A DNA stretch of 64,000 nucleotides from Miltoncostaeaceae bacterium (lineage in GTDB: Bacteria; Actinomycetota; Thermoleophilia; Miltoncostaeales; Miltoncostaeaceae): NCBI GenBank assembly GCA_049318525.1, contig JBMOGE010000001.1, forward strand, positions 2,761 through 66,760, given 5' to 3'. Position numbers and translations under genes: made by a program. Shown here piece after piece: positions 36,541 to 45,741 of the stretch. How positions within the stretch are numbered: position 1 is the stretch's first letter; each line of letters begins with the position of its first letter. A model generated the notes under the pieces. That model was not told the origin of the DNA, searched no databases, and saw only the letters and a program-made list of their open reading frames with translations.

Positions 36541-36619
36541 TGATGGGTGAAGTCTCGCTGAGCAGGCAGTTTGCAAAACCGGCTTTTGCCCTACGAGAGA
36601 CGCACGGTGTGTGTCGTCA

Positions 36620-36643
36620 CCAGTTGTGACCTGATCAGTACGG
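36620..36643. repeat. Direct repeat copy 2 (CCAGTTGTGACCTGATCAGTACGG)
   Basis: See copy 1. It overlaps the stop codon of the metallophosphoesterase gene and contains the 8-bp palindrome CTGATCAG. Confidence 0.4.
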
Positions 36644-37282
36644 TGACTGGCACCGGGGGGTGGGGAGGATTTCTCCGGTGATTCCCGCGTCGCTCACGGT
36701 CAGTCTTCCCACAGAGGGTCGCATTGCCTGCGGGCCCAGTTGCCGGCGGTAGCGGCGCACCAGCCGGTCGGCGACTCCTGCGGCACCGGGGCGGGGCTGG
36801 CGGTCTCCCTCCAGGCTTCCCCACGGGCACACCGCCCCTGGGTTCATTACCAGCACGCCATCCACGTGGGCGATCAACGCCTCGTGCCAGTGGCCGAATA
36901 CCACGGCATCCACGCCGTCAAATGCGCGCGCCATTGCCCGCACCCGGCCGGCATCCCACCCGATTCGCCTGCCTGCCGCTGCGTGCGCCGCCACCACGAG
37001 TGCATCGGTGCCGGGGCGCTTGCCGTGGATGAGCCCAATCCGGTGCCGCCCCACCTGAATCACCGCCCGGCGCGGCAGGCGTGGGGCAGATGGCAGGTCG
37101 TGGTCTCCGCGCACGGCCACGACGGGGGCGATCCGCTCGAGGTCACGGATGACCGAACCATCGGAGAGGTCCCCGGCATGCAGGATGAGGTCGCTGCCCT
37201 CCAGCGCATCCAGCACGACCTGCGGCAGCGCGCCGAGGAACTCACCGACGTGCGTGTCGGCGAGCACCCCGATGCGGATCAT
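36635..37282 (-). CDS. YfcE/MJ0936-type metallophosphoesterase
   Basis: Start at MIRIGVLADTHVG (ATGA overlap with the ddl stop). Motifs are DTHVG, HAGDLSD and FGHWHE. Confidence 0.8.
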   Translation of the reverse strand: MIRIGVLADTHVGEFLGALPQVVLDALEGSDLILHAGDLSDGSVIRDLERIAPVVAVRGDHDLPSAPRLPRRAVIQVGRHRIGLIHGKRPGTDALVVAAHAAAGRRIGWDAGRVRAMARAFDGVDAVVFGHWHEALIAHVDGVLVMNPGAVCPWGSLEGDRQPRPGAAGVADRLVRRYRRQLGPQAMRPSVGRLTVSDAGITGEILPTPRCQSPY

Positions 37283-38301
37283 CCGCGGTACGCAGCCTTT
37301 GCGGCATGGCGCTCGGTGGCGAGCTCGATGAGCTGCTGCACCAGCTCGGGATACGCGAACCCGTCGCCGGCCATGAGGCGCCCCCACACACTGGTGTCGG
37401 TGAACCCCGGGATGGTGTTGATCTCGCTCACGTACAGCTGATCGCCCTCAAGGAAGAAGTCCACGCGGGCGAGGCCTGAACAGCCGATGGCATTCCAGGC
37501 CGCGACGGCCAGCTCGCGGGCACGTTCCTGCACCTCGGGTGGTACATCGGCCGGCACGGCCAGGCGCATGCCGCCGGGCTGGTACTTGGCGTCGTGGTCA
37601 TACCAATCGGCGTCATGGAGGATCTCGCCGAGGGGCGACGCATGGGGCTCGGCGTTGCCCAGCAGGCCCACCTCGACCTCGCGGCCAAGCGCCCGGCGCT
37701 CCACGAGCGCCTTGTCGTCATGGGCAAATGCCAGCTCAAGCGCGGCGTCCAGATCGTCGGCCGTGGGTACCGGGCTGATACCGAATGACGACCCGAGGCG
37801 CGCGGGCTTCGCAAATGCCGGGTATCCGCAGGTGCTGGCCACCTCATCGCGCACCGCAGCCGGATCGGCCTGCCACTGCGCATGCAGGATGACCACCGTC
37901 TCGACGCGTGGAATCCCCGCTGCGGTGGCCAGCACGTGGAAAAGTGCCTTATCCATGCCCGTGGCCGATGCCGCCACGTCGGCGCCCACGTAGGGCACTC
38001 CCACGGTCTCGCAGAGGCCCTGCACGGTGCCATCCTCACCCCACGGACCATGCAGGGCGGGGAACACCAGATCAACGTCGGCGCTTTCGCCGCCGTCAAG
38101 GCGTACCAGCCGCGCGATGTCGCCCCCTGCAGGCACGAGGGCGACGGGGTGCCCCTCGCTCGTCCAGGCACCATCCCGGGCGATCGTGACCCTGATCACC
38201 TCATGCAGCGACGGGTCGATGGCGTCGGCCACCGACGCGGCCGAAGCGATCGAGACGTCATGCTCGCTGCTCCGGCCGCCCCCGAGGACGGCAATCCTCA
38301 T
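37279..38301 (-). CDS. ddl: D-alanine--D-alanine ligase
   Basis: 340 aa with an ATP-grasp pattern (MRIAVLGGGRSSEHDVSI...SEINTIPGFT). There is an ATGA overlap with the pknB stop. Confidence 0.9.
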   Translation of the reverse strand: MRIAVLGGGRSSEHDVSIASAASVADAIDPSLHEVIRVTIARDGAWTSEGHPVALVPAGGDIARLVRLDGGESADVDLVFPALHGPWGEDGTVQGLCETVGVPYVGADVAASATGMDKALFHVLATAAGIPRVETVVILHAQWQADPAAVRDEVASTCGYPAFAKPARLGSSFGISPVPTADDLDAALELAFAHDDKALVERRALGREVEVGLLGNAEPHASPLGEILHDADWYDHDAKYQPGGMRLAVPADVPPEVQERARELAVAAWNAIGCSGLARVDFFLEGDQLYVSEINTIPGFTDTSVWGRLMAGDGFAYPELVQQLIELATERHAAKAAYRG

Positions 38302-40295
38302 CCGGGTGGTGCCGGCGGCTGGGCGCCACCGCCGCCCGATGCCCCGCCACCGCTCGGTGCCGGCGGCTGGGACGATCCTCCACCCGAACTCTTGGTGGTG
38401 GTACCCGCCCCCGAGCCGCCCCCGCTGCCAGTGGGAAACGCCACGATGATGGTGACGGTGCTGCCCGACGTCACGGTCGATCCCGGACCCGGTGTCTGGT
38501 CGATCACGGTGCCCTCCGGCTGTGACGACTCGGCACCGGACGAGACCACGTTGAACCCGAGGCTCTCAAGCTTGCTGCGTGCTGTGCTGGCATCGCTGCC
38601 GGTGACGTCGGGCACGTCAACGCCCGACGACTGTGCCGCGACGGTGAGACTGACCGATGACCCCTTGGCGGCAGATGAGCCCCCGCTCGGACTCTGCGAC
38701 ACGACGGTGCCCGGCGACTGGCCAGAGGTGCCGTCGTCCTCGCTCACGCTGCCCACGGTCAGCCCGGCCTGCGCGATGTCGGCCTTGGCGGTTGCGGTGT
38801 CGCTCCCCGTGACGTCGGGCACGGTCACCTTGGTGGTGCCCTTGCTCACGCTCAGGGTGATGGTGTCGCCAGACGCCGCGGTGGTACCCGGCTTCGGGTC
38901 CTGCTTCACGATGGTGCCGATGTCCTTCGTGCTGTCCACCTGGACGGTGGTGACCTGCAGCCCCACCTTCTCGAGGGCAGCCGTCGCCTGTTCCACCGTC
39001 TGGTCGAGCACACTCGGTACGGTGATCTGCGCCGGCCCGGTGGACACCAGAATGGTGACCGTGGAGTCCTTGGCCACATCGGTGCCCGCGGCGGGGTTAC
39101 TGCCAATAACCACACCCGCCAGCACGGTGTCGCTGGGCTCCTGGCGCTGCGCCGGCTTCAGCCCGACATCGGTGATGGCACGGGTGGCAGCCGGTACGTC
39201 GTACCCGGCAATGTCGGGCACCGGGATGGTGTCGCCACCACCGCTGGTGAGGGCAAGCGCGAGCGCCACCGCAAGAGCGGCGATGAGCACCGCGACGATC
39301 CCCCACACGGCGGGCCGGTTGTTGCGTCCCTTTTGCTGCTGGCGTCCGCCACCGCCACCACCGCGTCCACCGCCACCATTTGCCATTGCCTGGGTCTCCG
39401 TGGTCGCAACCGCCCCGGCGACTGCCGTGGGGGCTGTGAGGATGAGCGTGGACTGCTGGCCACCGGACATGCTGGCGCGTATGTCAAGGAGTGCCGCGCT
39501 GAACTCGTCGGCCGTGGTGAAGCGGTCTTCCGGGCGCTTCGACAGGGCCTTCAACACCGCGGCGTCAAGCTCGTGCGGGATACCCGACTCGAACACCCTC
39601 GGTGGGATGGGCGGCTCGTTGATCTGCTTCATGGCCACCGTCACCGGACGGTCGCCATCAAAGGGCACGCGCCCCGTGAGCATCTCGTACAGCACGATTC
39701 CCACCGCGTAGGTGTCGCTCGCGGCTGTGGTCTCCTCGCCCTGCGCCTGCTCGGGTGAGAGGTACTGAGCGGTGCCGATGACTGATCCGGCTTCGGTCAT
39801 CTGCTGATCGGCGTCTGCGCGCGCGATGCCGAAGTCGGCCACGCGCAGGCGGCCATCCTCGCCCACCATCACGTTCTGCGGCTTGATATCCCGGTGCACG
39901 ATGCCCGCGCCGTGCGCAGCGGTGAGGGCCGAGAGGATCTGAAGGGCGTTGTCCACCGCCACCGCGGGATCGAGGGGACCCTGCTCGCGGATGACCTTCT
40001 TCAGGTCCGGCCCCGAGAGGTACTCCATCACGATGTAGTACGTACTCTCGGCCTCGCCGCGGTCGTACACCGCCACGATGTTCGGGTGGTTCAGGCCCGC
40101 TGCGGCCGACGCCTCGCGGCGGAACCGCTCGACGAATGCCGGGTCCTGTGCAAAGCGGTCAGCCAGCACTTTGACCGCCACCTCGCGGTCCAGAAGCTTG
40201 TCGTAGGCCAGGTACACCGTGGCCATGCCGCCGCTTCCCAGCTGGTGGCCCAGCTCGTAGCGCTCGCCCAGTTCACTGCCCGGTCCGATGCTCAT
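38298..40295 (-). CDS. pknB: PASTA-domain Ser/Thr protein kinase
   Basis: Kinase motifs LGSGGMATVY, VAVKVL, HRDIKPQNVMV and DFGIA, then one TM and four PASTA-like repeats (VPDIAGY.., VPSVLDQ.., VPDVTGS.. twice). The C-terminal tail is Gly/Pro-rich. Confidence 0.9.
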   Translation of the reverse strand: MSIGPGSELGERYELGHQLGSGGMATVYLAYDKLLDREVAVKVLADRFAQDPAFVERFRREASAAAGLNHPNIVAVYDRGEAESTYYIVMEYLSGPDLKKVIREQGPLDPAVAVDNALQILSALTAAHGAGIVHRDIKPQNVMVGEDGRLRVADFGIARADADQQMTEAGSVIGTAQYLSPEQAQGEETTAASDTYAVGIVLYEMLTGRVPFDGDRPVTVAMKQINEPPIPPRVFESGIPHELDAAVLKALSKRPEDRFTTADEFSAALLDIRASMSGGQQSTLILTAPTAVAGAVATTETQAMANGGGGRGGGGGGRQQQKGRNNRPAVWGIVAVLIAALAVALALALTSGGGDTIPVPDIAGYDVPAATRAITDVGLKPAQRQEPSDTVLAGVVIGSNPAAGTDVAKDSTVTILVSTGPAQITVPSVLDQTVEQATAALEKVGLQVTTVQVDSTKDIGTIVKQDPKPGTTAASGDTITLSVSKGTTKVTVPDVTGSDTATAKADIAQAGLTVGSVSEDDGTSGQSPGTVVSQSPSGGSSAAKGSSVSLTVAAQSSGVDVPDVTGSDASTARSKLESLGFNVVSSGAESSQPEGTVIDQTPGPGSTVTSGSTVTIIVAFPTGSGGGSGAGTTTKSSGGGSSQPPAPSGGGASGGGGAQPPAPPG

Positions 40296-41746
40296 GGCTG
40301 GGGCTCCCCCTGCACGGGCGTGGCCGAAAGTGCCGTGCGCATGACCGCTCCTGCGATCGGTGCGGCCACCTGACCGCCGGTTCCTGATGTGTCCTCAATC
40401 ACCACTGCCACGGCCACCTTCGGGTTGTCAGCAGGTGCGAATCCGATGAACCAGGCCTGGTTGCGATTGGGGTCGCCCGTCTCCGCGGTACCGGTCTTGC
40501 CGGCCACGGACAGTCCGGAAAGACCGGCCTTGGTACCAGTTCCCTCGCGCACCACGTTCTGCATCATGCGGGCCACCTCGGACGAGACATACGCGCTGGA
40601 CACCGAATCGAGTGTCTCGGGGTTCTGCTGCTTCACCACCACGCCATCCTTTGTGATGACGCGCTTCACCAGATACGGCCGCTGCATGCGGCCACCGTTG
40701 GCCACCGCACCGGCCACCATTGCCATCTGTAAGGGGGTCACCAGCAGGTTCTCCTGACCAATTGCAATACGCGCGGCGTCCTCATCCCGCTGGGTATTCG
40801 AGAGCAGCTTGCCGTTACGGTAGCGACCTGACACGGCCACCTCATCCGATGGCAGGTCGATTTCCACCGGGCGGCCGAATCCGAACTTGGTCATCTCGCC
40901 CCCCAGACGCGACGGACCCAGCCGCTTGCCCACCTGGGCGAACGTGGTGTTGATGGAAAACGTGAGTGCGTCGGTGAAGTTATGCACGCCGAACTTGATA
41001 CCCCCGTCATTCCTGATGGTCTGCCCGTCAACCACGTACTTCCCGGTGTCGTCAAATGTGGATGAGGGGTTCCACTTGCCGCTGTCCAGCGCCGCGGTGG
41101 CGGTGACCACCTTGAACGTCGAACCGGGGGGGTACCTGCCCTGCGTTGCGCGGTTGACCAGCGGCGCGCCACTCTGCTTACGAATCGTTGCGAAGTCGGA
41201 CGCCACCTGATTGAGGTCGAACGCCGGGGATGATGCCAGTGCGAGCACCTGTCCGGTCCTCGGGTCGATGGCCACCACAGCGCCACGACTCCCCGAGATC
41301 AGTGCTTCAGCCGTCTTCTGTACCCGCGTGTCGAGGGTCAGACGGATGTCGGCGCCCTCCTTCTCCGCGGCGCGCAGCTTGTCGAGAATCGCGCCCGCGC
41401 CGTAGCTGCCCGCCAGATACTGGTTGTACTGCTGCTCCAGCCCGGTGGATCCCTGCTGCGGGGTGGCGTAGCCCACCACCTGCGCCGCCAATGCACCCTG
41501 CGGGTAGTAACGGCGGTAGTAGCGCTTGCTCTTCTGCCTGTAGGCAACGCTTTCGGCCAGCACCACCTTGTCGGCCGAGATGATGCGCCCGCGGTCCACC
41601 AGGCGCTGCTTCTCGAAGTGGTACGGATTGTCTGCACGTTCGTTCAGGCCACCGGCGGCAATCACCTGCCAGTAGCCCAGCATGAGGATGAGCACGCCAA
41701 ATCCTGCGGCCAGGGCCAGATACAGCGATTTGATGGATCGATTCAT
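40292..41746 (-). CDS. pbpA: Class B penicillin-binding protein (transpeptidase)
   Basis: 484 aa with motifs STFK, SIN and KTGT. Confidence 0.9.
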   Translation of the reverse strand: MNRSIKSLYLALAAGFGVLILMLGYWQVIAAGGLNERADNPYHFEKQRLVDRGRIISADKVVLAESVAYRQKSKRYYRRYYPQGALAAQVVGYATPQQGSTGLEQQYNQYLAGSYGAGAILDKLRAAEKEGADIRLTLDTRVQKTAEALISGSRGAVVAIDPRTGQVLALASSPAFDLNQVASDFATIRKQSGAPLVNRATQGRYPPGSTFKVVTATAALDSGKWNPSSTFDDTGKYVVDGQTIRNDGGIKFGVHNFTDALTFSINTTFAQVGKRLGPSRLGGEMTKFGFGRPVEIDLPSDEVAVSGRYRNGKLLSNTQRDEDAARIAIGQENLLVTPLQMAMVAGAVANGGRMQRPYLVKRVITKDGVVVKQQNPETLDSVSSAYVSSEVARMMQNVVREGTGTKAGLSGLSVAGKTGTAETGDPNRNQAWFIGFAPADNPKVAVAVVIEDTSGTGGQVAAPIAGAVMRTALSATPVQGEPQP

Positions 41747-43056
41747 GGGGCCGGCGCCCCATGCACCGCATCAATCAGTCCCTGGCGCGAGCGCTGGCTG
41801 ATGATCAGCAGGATCGCGACGATGCCGAAGTTGACCACCACACTTGATCCCCCGTACGACATGAACGGCAGCGTGACGCCAGTCAGCGGCACAAGGCGCA
41901 CGATGCCGCCAATGATGATGAATGCCTGAAGTCCGACCACCGCGGTCAGGCCGCCAGCCAGAAGTTTGCTGAAGCCGTCACGCGCGGCGGTCGCAATCGC
42001 GAACCCCCGAGCCATGAACAGGATGAAGAGAAGCATGACCCCGACGGATCCAACGAATCCGAGGTCGTCCGCGACCGCGCTGAAAATGAAGTCGGTCTGC
42101 AATTCGGGGATGCGCGGGGTTCCTCCGGGGGTCACAAGCAGCGCCCGGCCAAATCCCGGACCCACTAATCCGCCGTCGGCAAGCGCATAGAGCGACTGCA
42201 CCATCTGGTACCCGTTGCCCTGCGAATCATCAAACGGATTGAGCCACGACCCCACGCGCACGCCGATTCTGGGCACGGTCGCCCAGATGAATAACGACCC
42301 CGCCACAAACATCCCCATGCCCAGGCCAACGTAGAGCGCACGCCCCGTGGCCAGATAGAGCATGGCCAGGAACACGCCGAAGAACAGCAGCGCGGTACCG
42401 AAGTCGTTCAGGGCCACCACCACGACCAACGCCAGCCCCCAGAACAGCAGGATCGGTGCCATATGACGGAACGCCGGCAGGTCCATGCCAAACCTGCGCT
42501 CGGTGGGAATGGCCAGCACCTCGCGCTTCTCGCGCAGGTACCCGGCCAGGAAGATGACCACCAGCACCTTGGCCAGCTCCCCAAGCTGCACGCGCTGGCT
42601 GCCGCCCACCGAGATCCACAGGCGGGATCCGTTGACGGTGGTGCCAAACACCATGGTGGCCACCAGCAGGCCCACGGCCGTGAGGCCGATCACGTAGCGG
42701 TAGCGCTCCAGTATGCGGTGATCGGGAAGAAACACGATGATCGCGCAGAACACGATGCCGCCGAGGGTCATCCACAGCGCCTGCTCGCCGGCCAGCGCCG
42801 GATCGATGCGGTACAGCTCTGCCAGACCGATTCCCGTGAGCGCCGCCATGATGGGCACCAGATACGGATCTGAATACGGCGCACGAAGGCGCAGCACCGC
42901 GTGCATCACCACAAACACCATGGCCACGCCCAGAGCGGTCTGCCACGGACCCGCCTGCAGGCTGTCGGTGCGCGCCGATGCCGCGGCGGCCAGACCGAGT
43001 ATTCCCAGCAGCAGGCCGGGAACGAGGAAGTACATCTCGCGGGTGCGCAGCCTCAT
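41743..43056 (-). CDS. rodA: FtsW/RodA/SpoVE-family peptidoglycan polymerase
   Basis: Start at MRLRTREMYFLV (ATGA overlap with the pstP stop). It is polytopic, with the C-terminal motif LPFMSYGGSS. Confidence 0.9.
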   Translation of the reverse strand: MRLRTREMYFLVPGLLLGILGLAAAASARTDSLQAGPWQTALGVAMVFVVMHAVLRLRAPYSDPYLVPIMAALTGIGLAELYRIDPALAGEQALWMTLGGIVFCAIIVFLPDHRILERYRYVIGLTAVGLLVATMVFGTTVNGSRLWISVGGSQRVQLGELAKVLVVIFLAGYLREKREVLAIPTERRFGMDLPAFRHMAPILLFWGLALVVVVALNDFGTALLFFGVFLAMLYLATGRALYVGLGMGMFVAGSLFIWATVPRIGVRVGSWLNPFDDSQGNGYQMVQSLYALADGGLVGPGFGRALLVTPGGTPRIPELQTDFIFSAVADDLGFVGSVGVMLLFILFMARGFAIATAARDGFSKLLAGGLTAVVGLQAFIIIGGIVRLVPLTGVTLPFMSYGGSSVVVNFGIVAILLIISQRSRQGLIDAVHGAPAP

Positions 43057-44363
43057 CCGCGCTTCCGGGCCGCCGCCTGCGCCGCAGCCGCCTTCTTCTT
43101 CTGCGCCGCAGCCGCCTTGGCGCTCGTCTTCGCCGCCTTCTTCTTTGCGGGCGTGGCCACGGGGACCGGCGCGGCGCTGGGCGCGTCCCAGGTGGTGGGA
43201 ATGCCGTAGTGCCATGCCAGGCGCACGGCCAGCGCGGTGGCTTCACCCTCGCCCTGTATGCCCTGCTCGAGTGCGGATGGCTCCTCGGCCAGTACGGTCG
43301 CCGCCGGCACGCCGATCACCTGCCCATCATTGAGCAGTGAGATACCGAGGGGTGAGTAGGGCAGCCCGTTGTACAGGCGCAACTGCCCGGAATCATCGGC
43401 CTGCACCACGTGCGAGCGCGACGATGCCCATGCCACGCCACCCACGATGAGCCCCACCACCACGACGACCGCGGCAATGATGAGCAGCATCTTCGAACGG
43501 GCTCGGGGTACGTGCTCCAGCACACGACCGGGCTGTGGCGACCGGCCCGTGCGGTGCGTGGGCTCCACCAAGGGGCGCGGCAGCGTCGCCATGCGCGGGG
43601 TTGGTGGCACGAACTCGACCGGGTCCGGCACGGTGGCCGGCTCGCCGGTGCCGATACGCGCCATCACCACGGTGGCGTTGTCCTCGCCCCCCGATGCGTC
43701 AGCAGCCTCCACCAGCGCATGGGCGGCATCGGCGAGCGACCCACCGGCCAGCATGATGCGGGTGATCGCCGCGTCGCCGATGGCCGCCGATACGCCATCG
43801 GTGCACAGCATGATGACGTCGCCGTCCTGCACTGGCACCTGAAACGAGTCGGGTGTCAGGTCCGATTGCGCACCCACCGCGCGCGTGATGACGTTGCGCT
43901 GCGGATGGCGGTCGGCCTGCTCCTCGGTGAGCGCCCCGCCACGCACCAGCTCGGCCACCACGGAGTGGTCGTCGGTAAGGCGTCGAAGCTCGCCTTCGCG
44001 CACCAGATAGGCACGTGAATCGCCCACGTGCACCACATACATCCGGCCTTCGTCGCCCAGCATGCATGCGGTCACGGTCGTGCCCATCCCTGACCGCCCG
44101 GCGTCGCCGGCGGCGGCCTGGCGGATGTCCTTGTTTGCCCGCTCCACGGCGCGCTTCAGGTCGCCGGGCCGTGGGGAGAGCGGCAATGCTTCGAGCGCCT
44201 GCACGGCCATTCCCGCGGCCACCTCGCCGGCCTGCGCCCCACCCATGCCGTCGGCCACCGCCACGATGGGCGGACGCACGAGATGGCGATCCTCGTTGTG
44301 GCCGCGCACGCGGCCCACGTCGGTGGCCCGGGCCAGCTCCACCAGTGCGAGGTGCGCGGTCAT
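43053..44363 (-). CDS. pstP: Membrane-anchored PP2C Ser/Thr phosphatase
   Basis: PP2C motifs (RGHNEDR, VADGMGGAQAGE, CTDGV), one TM (LLIIAAVVVVVGLIVGGVAWA), an extracytoplasmic segment of about 100 aa, and a Lys/Ala-rich tail. Confidence 0.85.
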   Translation of the reverse strand: MTAHLALVELARATDVGRVRGHNEDRHLVRPPIVAVADGMGGAQAGEVAAGMAVQALEALPLSPRPGDLKRAVERANKDIRQAAAGDAGRSGMGTTVTACMLGDEGRMYVVHVGDSRAYLVREGELRRLTDDHSVVAELVRGGALTEEQADRHPQRNVITRAVGAQSDLTPDSFQVPVQDGDVIMLCTDGVSAAIGDAAITRIMLAGGSLADAAHALVEAADASGGEDNATVVMARIGTGEPATVPDPVEFVPPTPRMATLPRPLVEPTHRTGRSPQPGRVLEHVPRARSKMLLIIAAVVVVVGLIVGGVAWASSRSHVVQADDSGQLRLYNGLPYSPLGISLLNDGQVIGVPAATVLAEEPSALEQGIQGEGEATALAVRLAWHYGIPTTWDAPSAAPVPVATPAKKKAAKTSAKAAAAQKKKAAAAQAAARKRG

Positions 44364-45103
44364 CCCGCCGCCGCCGCCTCCCGGGTGACCGCGTCCACCC
44401 GGGCGAGCACCACGGTGACGTTGTCCGGCCCACCCGCATCATTGGCCAGGGCGATCAGCGTGGCCGCCGCGTCGTTCAGGGTGCCTGCGCCCTCGATGGC
44501 GGCCAGGATCTCATCGTCATCCACCGGACCCGACAAGCCGTCGGTGCACAGCAGCACAACGTCCCCGGGCTCCAGATCAACCCGCAGGGCGTCCACCTCC
44601 ACGTCGGCGTCCACTCCCAGGGCCCGGGTGATCACGTGGCGCGCGGGGTGGTGCTCGGCGTCGGCCTCCGACAGTGCCCCCCGCCGCACCATCTCGGCCA
44701 CGATGGAGTGGTCGTCGGTTACCTGCACCATGCGCCCGTCACGCACCAGGTAGGCGCGTGAATCACCCACGTGCACCAGATAGAGCACGCCTGCGTCGAC
44801 AAACCCCGCTGTGGTGGTGGTGCCCATGCCCTCCAGGTCCGGGTCGGCCACCGCTGCGGCGGCGATCGCCGTGTTCGCCTGCTTCAGCGCACCCAACAGG
44901 GCAGCCGGGTCGGTGGTGGTACCCACCTCGCGAAGCGAATCGACGGCCATGCGCGCTGCGGTGGCACCGCCCTTGTGCCCACCCATTCCGTCGGCCACCG
45001 CGATGAGCGGCGGTGCCAGCAGGTCGAGGTCCTGGTTGTCGGACCGCACGCGACCCACGTCGGATGCCGATGCGAGCTCGGTGAGGGCCAGATCGTCGCG
45101 CAT
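44360..45103 (-). CDS. Soluble PP2C Ser/Thr phosphatase (second, tandem copy)
   Basis: Motifs RSDNQDL, VADGMGGHKGG and CTDGLSG, with no TM. The ATG at 45103 is preferred because GGGAGG lies 7 nt upstream. The stop overlaps the pstP start. Confidence 0.85.
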   Translation of the reverse strand: MRDDLALTELASASDVGRVRSDNQDLDLLAPPLIAVADGMGGHKGGATAARMAVDSLREVGTTTDPAALLGALKQANTAIAAAAVADPDLEGMGTTTTAGFVDAGVLYLVHVGDSRAYLVRDGRMVQVTDDHSIVAEMVRRGALSEADAEHHPARHVITRALGVDADVEVDALRVDLEPGDVVLLCTDGLSGPVDDDEILAAIEGAGTLNDAAATLIALANDAGGPDNVTVVLARVDAVTREAAAAG

Positions 45104-45105
45104 GG

Positions 45106-45693
45106 TCAGTCCTCCCACCGCAGCACGGTTTCGCCCACGCGAATCTCGTCGCGCAGGTGCAGTTGCTGCTCACCCGAGATGCGGCTGCCGTTGATGAACG
45201 TGCCGTTGAGCGACCCCAGGTCCTCCACGAACCAGAAGTGGCCGCGACGGAACACGCGGGCGTGGGTGTGTGAGATGAATTGATCGGTCACGGGGATGCG
45301 CGAGGACTTCGATCGGCCGATCGTCGCCCCTCCCGCCACGTCATATCGCGTTCCCACCTGAAGGCTGGTGGATTGCGTCACGATGAGGTGCGGGTCCATC
45401 GCCGCCGCCGCACGTGCGATCTCGGGCTTGGCGGCAATTCCCGCGTTCTCGGGCATGACGGCGTGCGGCTTTCGCACCGTCTGGGCGACTCCCCCGCCCA
45501 CCACTGTCTGCGCAGCCGCTCCCGGTGAGGGCGCCCTGGGCTGGGCCGGGGCCATCTCCGACGGATCGGGCGGGCGCACCTCGATCTCAGCCGTGCGCAG
45601 GGCGCGCACCGACGCACGCACGACGGCGCCGATAAACACGAATAGGAGCAGGAGAAAGACGGCCTGCCCGATGATGAGCCCCGTCTCGGTCAC
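45106..45693 (-). CDS. fhaB: FHA-domain membrane protein (FhaB/FipA-like)
   Basis: N-terminal TM helix, then a C-terminal FHA pattern: TIGRSKSSRIPV...SHTHARV...DLGSLNGTFING. Confidence 0.85.
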   Translation of the reverse strand: MTETGLIIGQAVFLLLLFVFIGAVVRASVRALRTAEIEVRPPDPSEMAPAQPRAPSPGAAAQTVVGGGVAQTVRKPHAVMPENAGIAAKPEIARAAAAMDPHLIVTQSTSLQVGTRYDVAGGATIGRSKSSRIPVTDQFISHTHARVFRRGHFWFVEDLGSLNGTFINGSRISGEQQLHLRDEIRVGETVLRWED

Positions 45694-45741
45694 CGGTGCT
45701 CCCCGGTCACTCCGACCGGCGCCTGCGTGGCCCCGGTGTGA

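Noticed and set aside
31747-36643. Genomic island integrated at tRNA-Tyr with the two recombinases acting as integrases.
   Set aside because: The recombinases are about 3 kb from the 5' side of the tRNA, not at its 3' end. I found no repeat of the tRNA 3' segment. GC and codon usage look native. The cargo is ordinary signalling genes.
37882-39711. 609-aa plus-strand ORF antisense to pknB. Similar long antisense ORFs occur at 45805..47943, 20921..22939, 15819..17693, 14585..16195, 54067..55776, 55655..57127, 57295..59181, 26876..28321 and 9587..11011.
   Set aside because: These are typical high-GC artefacts. Their translations are Arg/Ala/Gly/Pro-rich with no motifs. Each lies opposite a gene with clear family motifs and G/C-rich third codon positions.
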